Source: an uncultured Acidobacteriota bacterium (GTDB lineage Bacteria; Acidobacteriota; Blastocatellia; RBC074). Taken from it: 64,000 nt of DNA. Each line of letters begins with the position of its first letter. Positions within the stretch are counted from its first letter, which is position 1. The notes beneath the pieces are model-generated. The model ran no database searches, was not told where the DNA came from, and worked only from the letters and a program-made list of their open reading frames with translations. Below are positions 43,414-51,966 of the stretch, piece by piece. The position numbers and the translations under genes are program-made. Location of the stretch: contig CAWCKY010000001.1 in the NCBI GenBank assembly GCA_963796275.1, forward strand, positions 992,001-1,056,000, read 5' to 3'.

Positions 43414-43806
43414 GTGAACATGGATAGGATGGATAGGACGGAATTCAAGTCTAACCGGGAGTACCAGGATAATTTGCATCAGGATGAAGAAGTGTTGAGG
43501 GAGCAGGGTTATATGGCTGGAGGGGGTATGACTTTTGATCGGGTGAAGGCGGCGGTGGCAGATTTTTTATATGAGGCAGCTGAAGTGATCCATCATAAAA
43601 GTTTAGGGACCGGCAGTTCCGAAATATCGAATTTCGGTGACCGTGCCGCTAACTGGTTGGAGCATTCAGCCGGCTATGTGAGGGAGATGGAGCCGCAGCA
43701 GTTAAAGGCGGATTTCGAAGATAAAGTCCGCCGCCATCCGGGGCGGAGCCTCATAATCGCCGGGGTGGTAGGGCTGGTTATAGGCAGCGTGATTCGCAGG
43801 AGGTAA
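43414..43806 (+). CDS. ElaB/YqjD (DUF883)-like tail-anchored protein
   Basis: C-terminal VRRHPGRSLIIAGVVGLVIGSVIRRR; AGGAGG RBS. Confidence 0.75.
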   Translation: MNMDRMDRTEFKSNREYQDNLHQDEEVLREQGYMAGGGMTFDRVKAAVADFLYEAAEVIHHKSLGTGSSEISNFGDRAANWLEHSAGYVREMEPQQLKADFEDKVRRHPGRSLIIAGVVGLVIGSVIRRR

Positions 43807-43810
43807 TTAT

Positions 43811-44230
43811 ATGTTCGAGCGGCACGGACAGGAGAGGATTTTATATTCATCATTGCAGCGCGAATCGATTGGAGATCTGCTCAGCAACCTGGCGGCTCAA
43901 TCGACCACTCTCGTGCGCGACGAGATCGCGTTGGTCGGGCGCGAATATTATGAAAAGGGAAAGCATGTTCGGCCGGCGTTGATCGTGCTGGCCGTTGGCG
44001 CCTTTCTCGCTATGCTCGCATCGGTGACCCTCTGCGCGGCGATTGTCCTTTTCATAAGTCAATATATTGACATCTGGATTTCTGCTGCGATCACAGGAAT
44101 CAGTTTAGGGATTATCGCCCTGTTGATGATTTTGGTCGGCGTCAGCCGAATGAAGCAGACAAGCCTCAGGCCTGAGCAAACTTTAAAGTCGCTGGAGGAG
44201 AACAAAGAATGGCTGAAAGAAATTACCTAA
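43811..44230 (+). CDS. Holin-X / YqjE-like membrane protein
   Basis: SIGDLL..L....LVRDEIAL, two TMs, PEQTLKSLEENKEWL. Confidence 0.85.
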   Translation: MFERHGQERILYSSLQRESIGDLLSNLAAQSTTLVRDEIALVGREYYEKGKHVRPALIVLAVGAFLAMLASVTLCAAIVLFISQYIDIWISAAITGISLGIIALLMILVGVSRMKQTSLRPEQTLKSLEENKEWLKEIT

Positions 44231-44670
44231 CTGAGGGCCGCCCAGCTTCTGCTTCGGCTCATGCTCCGGAACGTAGTGCTGAAGAGATTCGGAAGGACAT
44301 CGCATCGACGCGCGAGTCGATCACCGAAACGGTGGATCAGTTGAGTGATCGTTTCGGGCAGACTTTAGATTGGCGCACGTACGTATCGGATCATCCGCTG
44401 GCTGCTTTGGGGGTGGCGGCAGGGATCGGATTTTTGGCAGCGGGATTATTCAGGCATCGCGCTTCGGCGAAAGATCGCTTTACGGATGCTTTGGCCGATG
44501 CAGTCGAAGATATGTCGGAACGATTTCGTAATCACCTCGATGGGCTGGGTTTGAAAAGACCCGGCCTGGCGATGACGATGAGAGCGGCGGCAGCCGGTGC
44601 GATTGCCAGAGCTGCAACCGCCTATTTGAGTAGCCGTGTCGTTGGTGGCGACAACTACAAGAACTCATAA
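44209..44670 (+). CDS. DUF3618 domain protein
   Basis: RSAEEIRKDIASTRESITETVDQL; HPLAALGVAAGIG. Confidence 0.85.
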   Translation: MAERNYLTEGRPASASAHAPERSAEEIRKDIASTRESITETVDQLSDRFGQTLDWRTYVSDHPLAALGVAAGIGFLAAGLFRHRASAKDRFTDALADAVEDMSERFRNHLDGLGLKRPGLAMTMRAAAAGAIARAATAYLSSRVVGGDNYKNS

Positions 44671-44690
44671 AACGGAATGAAGGAGGAAGT

Positions 44691-45155
44691 ATGGCAGACA
44701 CACCAAGAAGCGAACAGAATCAAGCGAAACAGGCCACACCGGGAGGCCAGACTGCCGAACAGATAGCCAGCGCGGCGCGGCAGGCTCGCGGATATATGTC
44801 AGACACAGAGCGCCAAACGGGGCAAACAGGGCAAACGGGGCAGGCTGGGCAAGCGGGACAGGCCGCTCAGAAGGCGAAAGAGAGAGTATCCGATATGGCC
44901 GGCCAGGCACGGGAGACTATAAATCATGCCTATTCTCGCGCTAGTCGTGGGATGAACGAGACCTGGGACCAGGCGATGGTTTACAGCAAAGACCATCCGG
45001 CAACGGCTACCCTGGTGGCTTTCGGAGCGGGGCTCGGGATCGGCCTCTGCATCGCAGGGACTTTCGGCGGCCTACAGTCCCGCAGCCGCGCACGCCGTAT
45101 AGTACCTCCGATAATGAACGCGCTTTCGGATATTGCCCGGGAATTTTTCCGTTGA
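44691..45155 (+). CDS. ElaB-like/LEA-like protein with (QTG/QAG)n repeat
   Basis: QTGQTGQTGQAGQAGQA; HPATATLVAFGAGLGIG; AAGGAGG RBS. Confidence 0.75.
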   Translation: MADTPRSEQNQAKQATPGGQTAEQIASAARQARGYMSDTERQTGQTGQTGQAGQAGQAAQKAKERVSDMAGQARETINHAYSRASRGMNETWDQAMVYSKDHPATATLVAFGAGLGIGLCIAGTFGGLQSRSRARRIVPPIMNALSDIAREFFR

Positions 45156-45189
45156 TAACGGTTCAGGAACGAATAAATGATACCGAAAC

Positions 45190-45258
45190 CGTCCCAGTTG
45201 CCCCAGTCGCCCCCATTGTCCTTGTTGTCCCAGTCACCCCGGTCGCCTCGGTCGCCCC
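45190..45258. repeat. Nonamer tandem repeat (GTCGCCCCA-like), intergenic
   Basis: About seven degenerate 9-mers before the kinase RBS. Confidence 0.65.
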
Positions 45259-45284
45259 TTTCCGAGGTTGAAGGAGAAGAATCG

Positions 45285-46934
45285 ATGCCCAAAGAGAAGC
45301 GGACCATTCTCCTCGTCAGTAAAAATAATACGGATCCTCAGCCCTGGCGGGAGTATCTGGAGACCGACGACGCAATCGACTGGTCATTCATCGAGGAAGA
45401 GTCGGCCGCGAAAGCTGCGACGAGCTGTCTGCTGATCAGACCCGATTGTCTTCTGGTCAGCGGAACCCCATCGGGGATCAATGATGTGCTGGCGGCTCTG
45501 CAGGAATCGATAGACCAGATTCCGGTGATCGTGATCACCGATTCGGGCGGGGATGAATCTTTGGGACCAATTGGAAGAGAAGTGGGAGAGTGTCTGAATC
45601 GTGAGGCTGTCTCGTCCGGCGTTCTCCGCCGGACTGTCAGCCGAGCGATAGAGATGACCAGGATGCAGTGTCTGGTTGAACAACAGGCGCGGCAGATCGA
45701 TGAACTCAATCTGCGGTTGGAGACCGAACGGGGCCAGATGATGGAGCGCGAAAGGCGGGCGCGCGATCTGGCCGAAGCGGTCAACCGGGATAAGGATGAA
45801 TTCATTGCGGTCGTCTCACACGAATTGCGAGCCCCCCTCAATGCCATACTCGGTTGGGCGCGCATTCTCAAAATCGGGAAATACAACGCAAAAACATTCG
45901 AGCATGCGGTCGATGTGATCGAACGCAGCGCCCGTACCCAGCAGCGATTGATCGAAGACCTGCTCGACACCGCGCGGGTCATCAGGGGGAAGCTCCGATT
46001 GGAGACCAAACCCGTCGATCTCGCCCGGGTCATCGAGGCTTCCGCCGATTCCGTTCACCCGGCCGTCGAGGCTAAGGGCATAGATTTAAAATTGAAACTG
46101 AAGGGTAAGAACAATGTCATTACGGGTGATGCGGACCGGCTGCAGCAGGTAGTCTGGAATCTGTTATCGAATGCCGTCAAATTCACGCCCGAGGGGGGGC
46201 AGGTAGAGGCTCAACTCGAACGGGCGGACCCTTATTTACAAATTATCGTGAGAGATTCGGGCAAAGGCATCAGCCGCGATTTTCTGCCCTATATCTTCGA
46301 TCGATTTCAGCAGGCCGATCTGGCCAGCAGGCGCCGCCACAGCGGGTTGGGGCTCGGCCTGGCGCTCGTACGGCATCTCGTCGAGCTGCACGGCGGAACA
46401 GTCGAGGCCGATAGCGCGGGTGAAGGGCAAGGATCTACCTTTATTGTGAGGCTCCCGCTTCCGGCTATTCGGCAGCGAGTCGATGAAAAGAAGCAAAGTG
46501 CCCGCGATAAATCGGTTGCCATCAGCTCCTACTCGCTCGACGGCATACGCACGCTGGTGGTGGATGATGATCCGGATGCGCGCGATCTCGTGGCCACCTT
46601 GCTGCGGCAATATGGCGCCCATGTCACTACAGCGGCTTCCGCCTCGGAGGCGCTCGTATGCATAACATCCAGCGATTCATCCAATCGAGCCGAGATTCTG
46701 GTCTCTGACATCGGGATGCCGGAAGAAGATGGATACTCCTTGATCGAGTCGATACGGCGACTCGCCCCCGAAGATGGAGGTTCCATTCCTGCCATCGCGC
46801 TCACCGCGTATGGGCGCGCGAGCGATCGCATCAGGGCGCTTTCAGCGGGTTTCCAAACGCATATGCCGAAACCCGTCGAACCCGCAGAGCTTGTCATGGT
46901 GATATACAGTTTGACGGGCCGCGCCAGTTATTGA
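45285..46934 (+). CDS. Hybrid histidine kinase (degenerate receiver-HisKA-HATPase-receiver)
   Basis: SHELRAPL, NLLSNAVKFT, DSGKG, GLGLGL, VVDDD, SDIGMP, KP; AAGGAG RBS before ATG 45285. Confidence 0.93.
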   Translation: MPKEKRTILLVSKNNTDPQPWREYLETDDAIDWSFIEEESAAKAATSCLLIRPDCLLVSGTPSGINDVLAALQESIDQIPVIVITDSGGDESLGPIGREVGECLNREAVSSGVLRRTVSRAIEMTRMQCLVEQQARQIDELNLRLETERGQMMERERRARDLAEAVNRDKDEFIAVVSHELRAPLNAILGWARILKIGKYNAKTFEHAVDVIERSARTQQRLIEDLLDTARVIRGKLRLETKPVDLARVIEASADSVHPAVEAKGIDLKLKLKGKNNVITGDADRLQQVVWNLLSNAVKFTPEGGQVEAQLERADPYLQIIVRDSGKGISRDFLPYIFDRFQQADLASRRRHSGLGLGLALVRHLVELHGGTVEADSAGEGQGSTFIVRLPLPAIRQRVDEKKQSARDKSVAISSYSLDGIRTLVVDDDPDARDLVATLLRQYGAHVTTAASASEALVCITSSDSSNRAEILVSDIGMPEEDGYSLIESIRRLAPEDGGSIPAIALTAYGRASDRIRALSAGFQTHMPKPVEPAELVMVIYSLTGRASY

Positions 46935-47033
46935 TTGCTTTAGGCGTATTGAATGTTCAGAAACAAATTTCCGGAATCCGCAATCTATGCGCATCCGTCA
47001 ATAAACAGTCCGCAATCAAGAAAGAGGGAAGTC

Positions 47034-48635
47034 ATGAACAGAGCAAAGGTGCTTGTTATCGACGATGATCCTGAAATGCTCGATCTGACCCAGTATGAGC
47101 TGCAGACCCGTGGTTATGAGGTGATTACGGCGAAGAATGGCGAGGAAGGGTTGAAAATTATTGGCGAACACGGCGTCGACGTCGCGCTCACGGACCTCCA
47201 GCTTCCTGATATTCACGGAATTGAACTGGTCGGGATGTTGAAGGAGATTTCGCCGCGCACGGAAATAATCATGGTGACCGGCTACAGCTCGCTCAACGAT
47301 GCTATCGGCGCGATCAAGGCCGGCGCATTTTATTTCATCGAAAAGCCGGTCGAATTCGAGGAACTGTCTCTCCTGCTCGAGAAGGCTATCGAACGCGGCA
47401 GCCAGGCCGAGGAGATCAAGAACCTGCTGGGACGATTGAGCGAGCGAACCTCGTATTACAATCTGATCGGCAGCAGCAAGGCCATGCAGGATATCTATGA
47501 GATTATCGAAGGCGTCGCCGAATCGGACGCCAACATAATGATCTTCGGCGAATCGGGGACCGGCAAGGAGTTGATCGCAAATGCTATCCATTATAAGAGT
47601 CTGCGCGCCAAGAAACCGTTCGTTAAGATCAACTGCTCGGCGCTGCCGAAAGAGCTGATCGAGTCGGAGCTATTCGGTCATACCAAAGGCGCATTCACCG
47701 GCGCGGCGACCGAGAAGACCGGATTGATCGGGCAGGCGAAGGGGGGCAGCCTCTTGCTTGATGAGATCGGTGAGATGCCCGTTGAATTGCAGCCCAAGCT
47801 TCTGCGCGTACTGCAAGAGCGCGTCTACTATCGGTTAGGGAGTGAAAAAGCGCTCGAAGCCGACTTCCGGTTGATCTCGTCGACCAATCGCGATCCGCTG
47901 GTGGCGATCCGCGATGGGCATTTGCGTGAAGACCTTTACTACCGCATCAACACCATCGAAATTCACGTACCGCCTCTGCGCGACCGCGCGGAAGATATCC
48001 AGCATCTGGCCGAATATTTCCTGAAAATATATGCTGAAAAGTACCATCGCCAGGTGCACTCGATATCACAGCACGTCTATGAACGAATGTTCGAGTATTC
48101 TTGGCCCGGCAACGTGCGCGAGCTGCAGAATGTCATCGAGCGTGCGGTCCTACTCAGCAAGGGAGATATGATCGAAGAGAGCATCCTGCCCACGGCTATC
48201 TCGGTACAGCCGGAGGCAGCCAGTGTCCCGGTGCCGGAATCATCACTGCCTGCGACCGGCAGCAAATCTGAAGCAGGGGTGTCAAATGCACAGGATTTGA
48301 CGCTGGAGCAGATGGCCTGGTTGATAGTTAACCGAATCCCGGATTCGAAGGACGGGAGGCATCGAACCGACACGATCAAACAGTTTGAAGGCGCCATCGT
48401 CAACGCCGCTCTCGAGCGCACGAGAGGCAACAAGCAGGCGGCTGCCAACCTGCTCGGCCTCTACCGCCCCCGCCTTTACACGCTGCTGAGAAAACACAAC
48501 CTGGGCAAGACGATCCGTGAAGTCGACCGGTCTATCACAGATGCCGAGCTGGAAGAACAAGAAATGGCTGAGATGGATTCTCACGCTATGGTAGATAATG
48601 GGCTTACTCACACGATGCGTTCGGCGGGAGACTGA
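47034..48635 (+). CDS. NtrC-family sigma54-dependent response regulator
   Basis: Receiver (VIDDD, TDLQLP), GESGTGKE, GAFTGA, WPGNVREL, Fis-type HTH GNKQAAANLLGL. Confidence 0.96.
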   Translation: MNRAKVLVIDDDPEMLDLTQYELQTRGYEVITAKNGEEGLKIIGEHGVDVALTDLQLPDIHGIELVGMLKEISPRTEIIMVTGYSSLNDAIGAIKAGAFYFIEKPVEFEELSLLLEKAIERGSQAEEIKNLLGRLSERTSYYNLIGSSKAMQDIYEIIEGVAESDANIMIFGESGTGKELIANAIHYKSLRAKKPFVKINCSALPKELIESELFGHTKGAFTGAATEKTGLIGQAKGGSLLLDEIGEMPVELQPKLLRVLQERVYYRLGSEKALEADFRLISSTNRDPLVAIRDGHLREDLYYRINTIEIHVPPLRDRAEDIQHLAEYFLKIYAEKYHRQVHSISQHVYERMFEYSWPGNVRELQNVIERAVLLSKGDMIEESILPTAISVQPEAASVPVPESSLPATGSKSEAGVSNAQDLTLEQMAWLIVNRIPDSKDGRHRTDTIKQFEGAIVNAALERTRGNKQAAANLLGLYRPRLYTLLRKHNLGKTIREVDRSITDAELEEQEMAEMDSHAMVDNGLTHTMRSAGD

Positions 48636-48667
48636 ACTAACTTGAAGAGGGAAGGGAATATGAGTGT

Positions 48668-48889
48668 ATGAACAAGGAAAGAAAAGATGACCCGAAGCCT
48701 AAACCTCCACCCGCCCCCCAACTGCCCAACCTCCCATGGAGCCCTGACGATCCTTTCCAACTGGATCCGGAGCGAAAAGAGCCAGTTACTACAAGTCTGC
48801 CAGAAACAGAAAAAGAAAATGATGGGGCAACGCCGCCGGCGCGACCAAAACGCGAGAGACGAGAAAATGAAGAAAGTAATGAGCAATAA
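48668..48889 (+). CDS. Small Pro/Glu-rich hypothetical protein
   Basis: 73-aa ORF with purine-rich RBS directly after the regulator; no motif. Confidence 0.35.
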   Translation: MNKERKDDPKPKPPPAPQLPNLPWSPDDPFQLDPERKEPVTTSLPETEKENDGATPPARPKRERRENEESNEQ

Positions 48890-49052
48890 CTATAATAGAA
48901 CACACACAGGTATTTTTTTAGTACATAGACATGACTTTCTTCAATCCATTTTAGTTATTATGTACACATAAAATTCCTATTTCTCGCATCGAAATATCTC
49001 CAAGCATACAGAATATAACAAGTTGAGTATTTTAGAAAAATCGCAATGTTAA

Positions 49053-49067
49053 TGGCATTGAGGTTGC
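49053..49067 (+). promoter_or_regulatory. sigma54 promoter upstream of candidate sRNA B
   Basis: TGGCATTGAGGTTGC; GGTA-N9-TACA box at 48909-48925; IHF-like TCAACTTGTTA (minus strand) at ~49016-49026. Confidence 0.75.
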
Positions 49068-49078
49068 TAGGCAGTTGA

Positions 49079-49220
49079 TGACCATTTTAACGAATGGTCA
49101 GCTCAAGTACAGGCGAGGGACTTTCGGGGGAGTGAGTTCCTCGCCGTCATGAGTTGGGATGGCTGCTTGCGAATAGCTGTCACACGAGGGAAAGCTATTC
49201 TCAAGCAGCCATTTCTTTTG
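49079..49220 (+). ncRNA. Candidate sigma54-dependent structured sRNA B
   Basis: Three strong hairpins starting at the predicted +1: TGACCATT/AATGGTCA; GGCGAGGGACT/AGTTCCTCGCC; ATGGCTGCTTG.GAATAGCT/AGCTATTC.CAAGCAGCCAT followed by a T-tract. Confidence 0.7.
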
Positions 49221-49357
49221 ACATCGATACCGAACAGCGCCGGAGGTTAGTCAAACTTATGCTTGGCAGCCATAAGTTACCTTCTGGCGCTCGTCCTAGC
49301 TATTCTGGCGATACCAAGGCGTATTTCCTCTACCTTGTCGTGGTATCGATGTATGAA

Positions 49358-49876
49358 TTATCGAACTGTCGTATACTCGCGCGTATAGACCGGCCGGAGG
49401 TCTCTCTCCTCAACAACCACCTCAGTCAGCGATAGTGACCGAACACCTATTTGGAGTCCCTCATTGAGTTGTTGAATCAAGATGACCCGTCCATTATTGA
49501 ACCGGAGCGCGTCTCGGTAGACGTACGGCTTATCAGTTATCTGAGTGAAGGTAGCTTCCTCTCTTTCGTTTAGGCCGTGCTCTTTCTGAAGACGCGCCGG
49601 GATGCCCTGAACATCCAGCCGTGCACCCGGCGGAATACAGACCGCGGGCAGCGCTCTCTCGATCTGTCCGTTGGCTGATTCCATCCCACGATCCATCCAC
49701 GTTTTGAATCTCATCCATAAACTGGATTCCGCTGTGACCTGATATTGTTTCTTTATCTTATCGAGGTCAGTCGGCGATGCCAGCCCTTTCGAACCAGAGA
49801 GGAATCTGTGGACGAAAAGCGTTTCGCCTTCAACGGCCAGACGGTTTTTAAAGCTATGCAATGAATAGTCGCACAT
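49358..49876 (-). CDS. Conserved hypothetical protein (MCDYSL family)
   Basis: AGGAGG RBS; MCDYSLH..RLA..GE.L, AVCIPPGA, F.NG...L..L.EG pattern. Confidence 0.8.
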   Translation of the reverse strand: MCDYSLHSFKNRLAVEGETLFVHRFLSGSKGLASPTDLDKIKKQYQVTAESSLWMRFKTWMDRGMESANGQIERALPAVCIPPGARLDVQGIPARLQKEHGLNEREEATFTQITDKPYVYRDALRFNNGRVILIQQLNEGLQIGVRSLSLTEVVVEERDLRPVYTREYTTVR

Positions 49877-50241
49877 ATTCTACCTCCTAAATATCCTGGG
49901 CGATGCCCTGCTTGAATGACGATTACTGAATCTACTCTCTTTACTGCTTCTTCGTTGAGTATTAAGTCTTCAACAGTTTATCCGGTCGTCTTCTATTATT
50001 CCGGGTTCATACCAGGCGATTCGAATGGGAGGATTTCAACATAGCCTTACCCGGTAATCATTTCGTTTTGGAGGATTCTTTTTCTTAGCTGAAACCGCTT
50101 GCTGTAAGTTTACCTCATTTCTATGGGTTTGAGAACCGAATAGAGGCATACAGCTAATTTTCGTGGAATATCATTGATATGAGATTGCTTTTCTATAGTT
50201 TAAAGAGGGACCGAGCATCACAATGTCGCGCACCTTCGCAA

Positions 50242-50333
50242 CGCGGCGGCCCGAGACGACTGCTTTCTCCTGAATTTCTGTGAAAGTTGTATAACAGAAA
50301 TTCAGGAGAAAGCGGTCGTCTCGGGCCGCCGCG
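50242..50333. repeat. Near-perfect 40-bp inverted repeat (12-nt loop)
   Basis: Arms 50242-50281 and 50294-50333 with one T/G mismatch. Confidence 0.9.
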
Positions 50334-50412
50334 CTCGAGCGTCTCACTATTCATCTATTCATTTCATAAGGGTAATAAGAAGCAATTTGATTTTTCCTCT
50401 GCTCCCCACCAC

Positions 50413-51603
50413 TCACCGTCTCGTAGCACTGTTGCGAGGCGAGCTGGATCGAACAGTTATTTCCGTTCCGCTCGGGAGATCGAGGTTATCGCGGCCTTGG
50501 ATCAGAACAGTCCCGGCGCCTGCGCCGGCCCCAACCGCGGCTCCGATGGCAGCGCCCGATCCGCCACTGGCTACTGCGCCGATTATCGCGCCGAGGGCCG
50601 CTCCGATGCCTGATCGTGTGATCGTGCGGGTCGATTGACTGTCGTCATCCTTAATAGTGCCTTCACTCTCTATCTTGACCTCTTTCCCGTCAGGCGTGCG
50701 GATGTTTTCGAGTGTGCCTCTGAAATCGTATGTGCTGCCGTCGCGCATCCGAATGCGGTCGAAATTGAGCGTCAGCTCTGCGCTCCCGGTTACACGTCCC
50801 GAACTCTCGATGTTGGAAACGATTCCTTCAATCACGGCACCTCTGTATTGGGAAGGCGATCGCACCTCCATGCTGAAACGATTCGTGGAACTGTCTTCCT
50901 TCGTGGACAGGTTTGTGGTCAGAACGGCTGTAAGCCTGGTGTTATTGGGCACGATAAATCGCCCTTGAACCGGTCGATTGGGGCCGTTGTTATCACGCGG
51001 ACCCGTATAGAGATTCAATTGCGCGATGTCGGACGTCTTTTCATATAGGCTCGTGACGACTATCGGCTGGGAGAAGCGTTCCGCATAAATGCTGCGCGTG
51101 ATCCGCATCCGCTGGCCTCTCTCGGTCGGGTCGAATGTAACGTTGTAATCGCTGCCCTGTGAGCCGGTCCTGTTGACGATCAACTGGTCGCCATTGAGTG
51201 ATGCTTTGATGCGCACCGTCCGCCCACGTTCCGTTGTCTCCGTACGAGTCCGCCCGTCCGCGTCGAAGGTGGTTTTCGGCGCACGTGTGGAGGCCATCGT
51301 GAAGCGGCGTCCGCTCTGCTCAATTGCGATCACATCCGGAGCATCAAGTCTTCGCGTAACGCGCTCGCGCGCCCGTTGTTGCTCGCCCGACGGCAATCCG
51401 CGGATTGCCCGCTCAACTATATCGTCCGCGTTGTCGCTGCGTGAAACATCAAGCCGCCATGTCCCCGTCAATTGGCCGGGATTCCGTTGAGAACGCCGTT
51501 GATTTGCTTGCTGTGCGCTCACGGAAGTATCAGCCTGCACAAGCAGCATTAACAGAAGCGCAAGCATCATGAAATAGTTGATGAATTTTATTTTTACTGA
51601 CAT
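50413..51603 (-). CDS. Secreted protein with C-terminal glycine zipper (YMGG-like)
   Basis: Signal peptide; GIGAALGAIIGAVASGGSGAAIGAAVGAGAG; LPSGTEI. Confidence 0.85.
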   Translation of the reverse strand: MSVKIKFINYFMMLALLLMLLVQADTSVSAQQANQRRSQRNPGQLTGTWRLDVSRSDNADDIVERAIRGLPSGEQQRARERVTRRLDAPDVIAIEQSGRRFTMASTRAPKTTFDADGRTRTETTERGRTVRIKASLNGDQLIVNRTGSQGSDYNVTFDPTERGQRMRITRSIYAERFSQPIVVTSLYEKTSDIAQLNLYTGPRDNNGPNRPVQGRFIVPNNTRLTAVLTTNLSTKEDSSTNRFSMEVRSPSQYRGAVIEGIVSNIESSGRVTGSAELTLNFDRIRMRDGSTYDFRGTLENIRTPDGKEVKIESEGTIKDDDSQSTRTITRSGIGAALGAIIGAVASGGSGAAIGAAVGAGAGAGTVLIQGRDNLDLPSGTEITVRSSSPRNSATRR

Positions 51604-51662
51604 TTTCTGGCCCCTCTCTGTTTTGAAATAACCAATCTACAAGCTACATCTTCTAATTGTCA

Positions 51663-51677
51663 GCAAGAATAGTGCCA
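51663..51677 (-). promoter_or_regulatory. sigma54 promoter for glycine-zipper gene
   Basis: TGGCACTATTCTTGC, near-consensus. Confidence 0.8.
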
Positions 51678-51966
51678 GCATTTTGGTTGGGAATGATTAT
51701 CGCCGAGTTGATAAAACTTTAACTATTGAAACTTCACCTTTGAAATATTGAGCGTATTAGGTTAAAATATAGGTTGGGTTAACCTTCTAAATCTTAAATC
51801 AATATAGTCACTCATGTGAATGGGGTACTTGCCTCTGAAGTTTTGAAGGGTTTCCAATAGGGTGCTTCAGACGCAAGAAATTTATCAGGCTGGGTAGTCA
51901 GCTTAAGCTCAGCCGATAGGGGACATTAGCCGCCTCACCTCCAGCAACCGATTTTGTAGAATTATT

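Noticed and set aside
43811-44230. Prophage lysis gene
   Set aside because: Holin-X/YqjE-like proteins occur in bacterial stress operons with DUF883/DUF3618; no endolysin or phage genes nearby
50238-50252. sigma54 promoter for the MCDYSL gene
   Set aside because: The GG-N10-GC match overlaps the GC-rich inverted repeat and is ~360 bp from the start; likely chance
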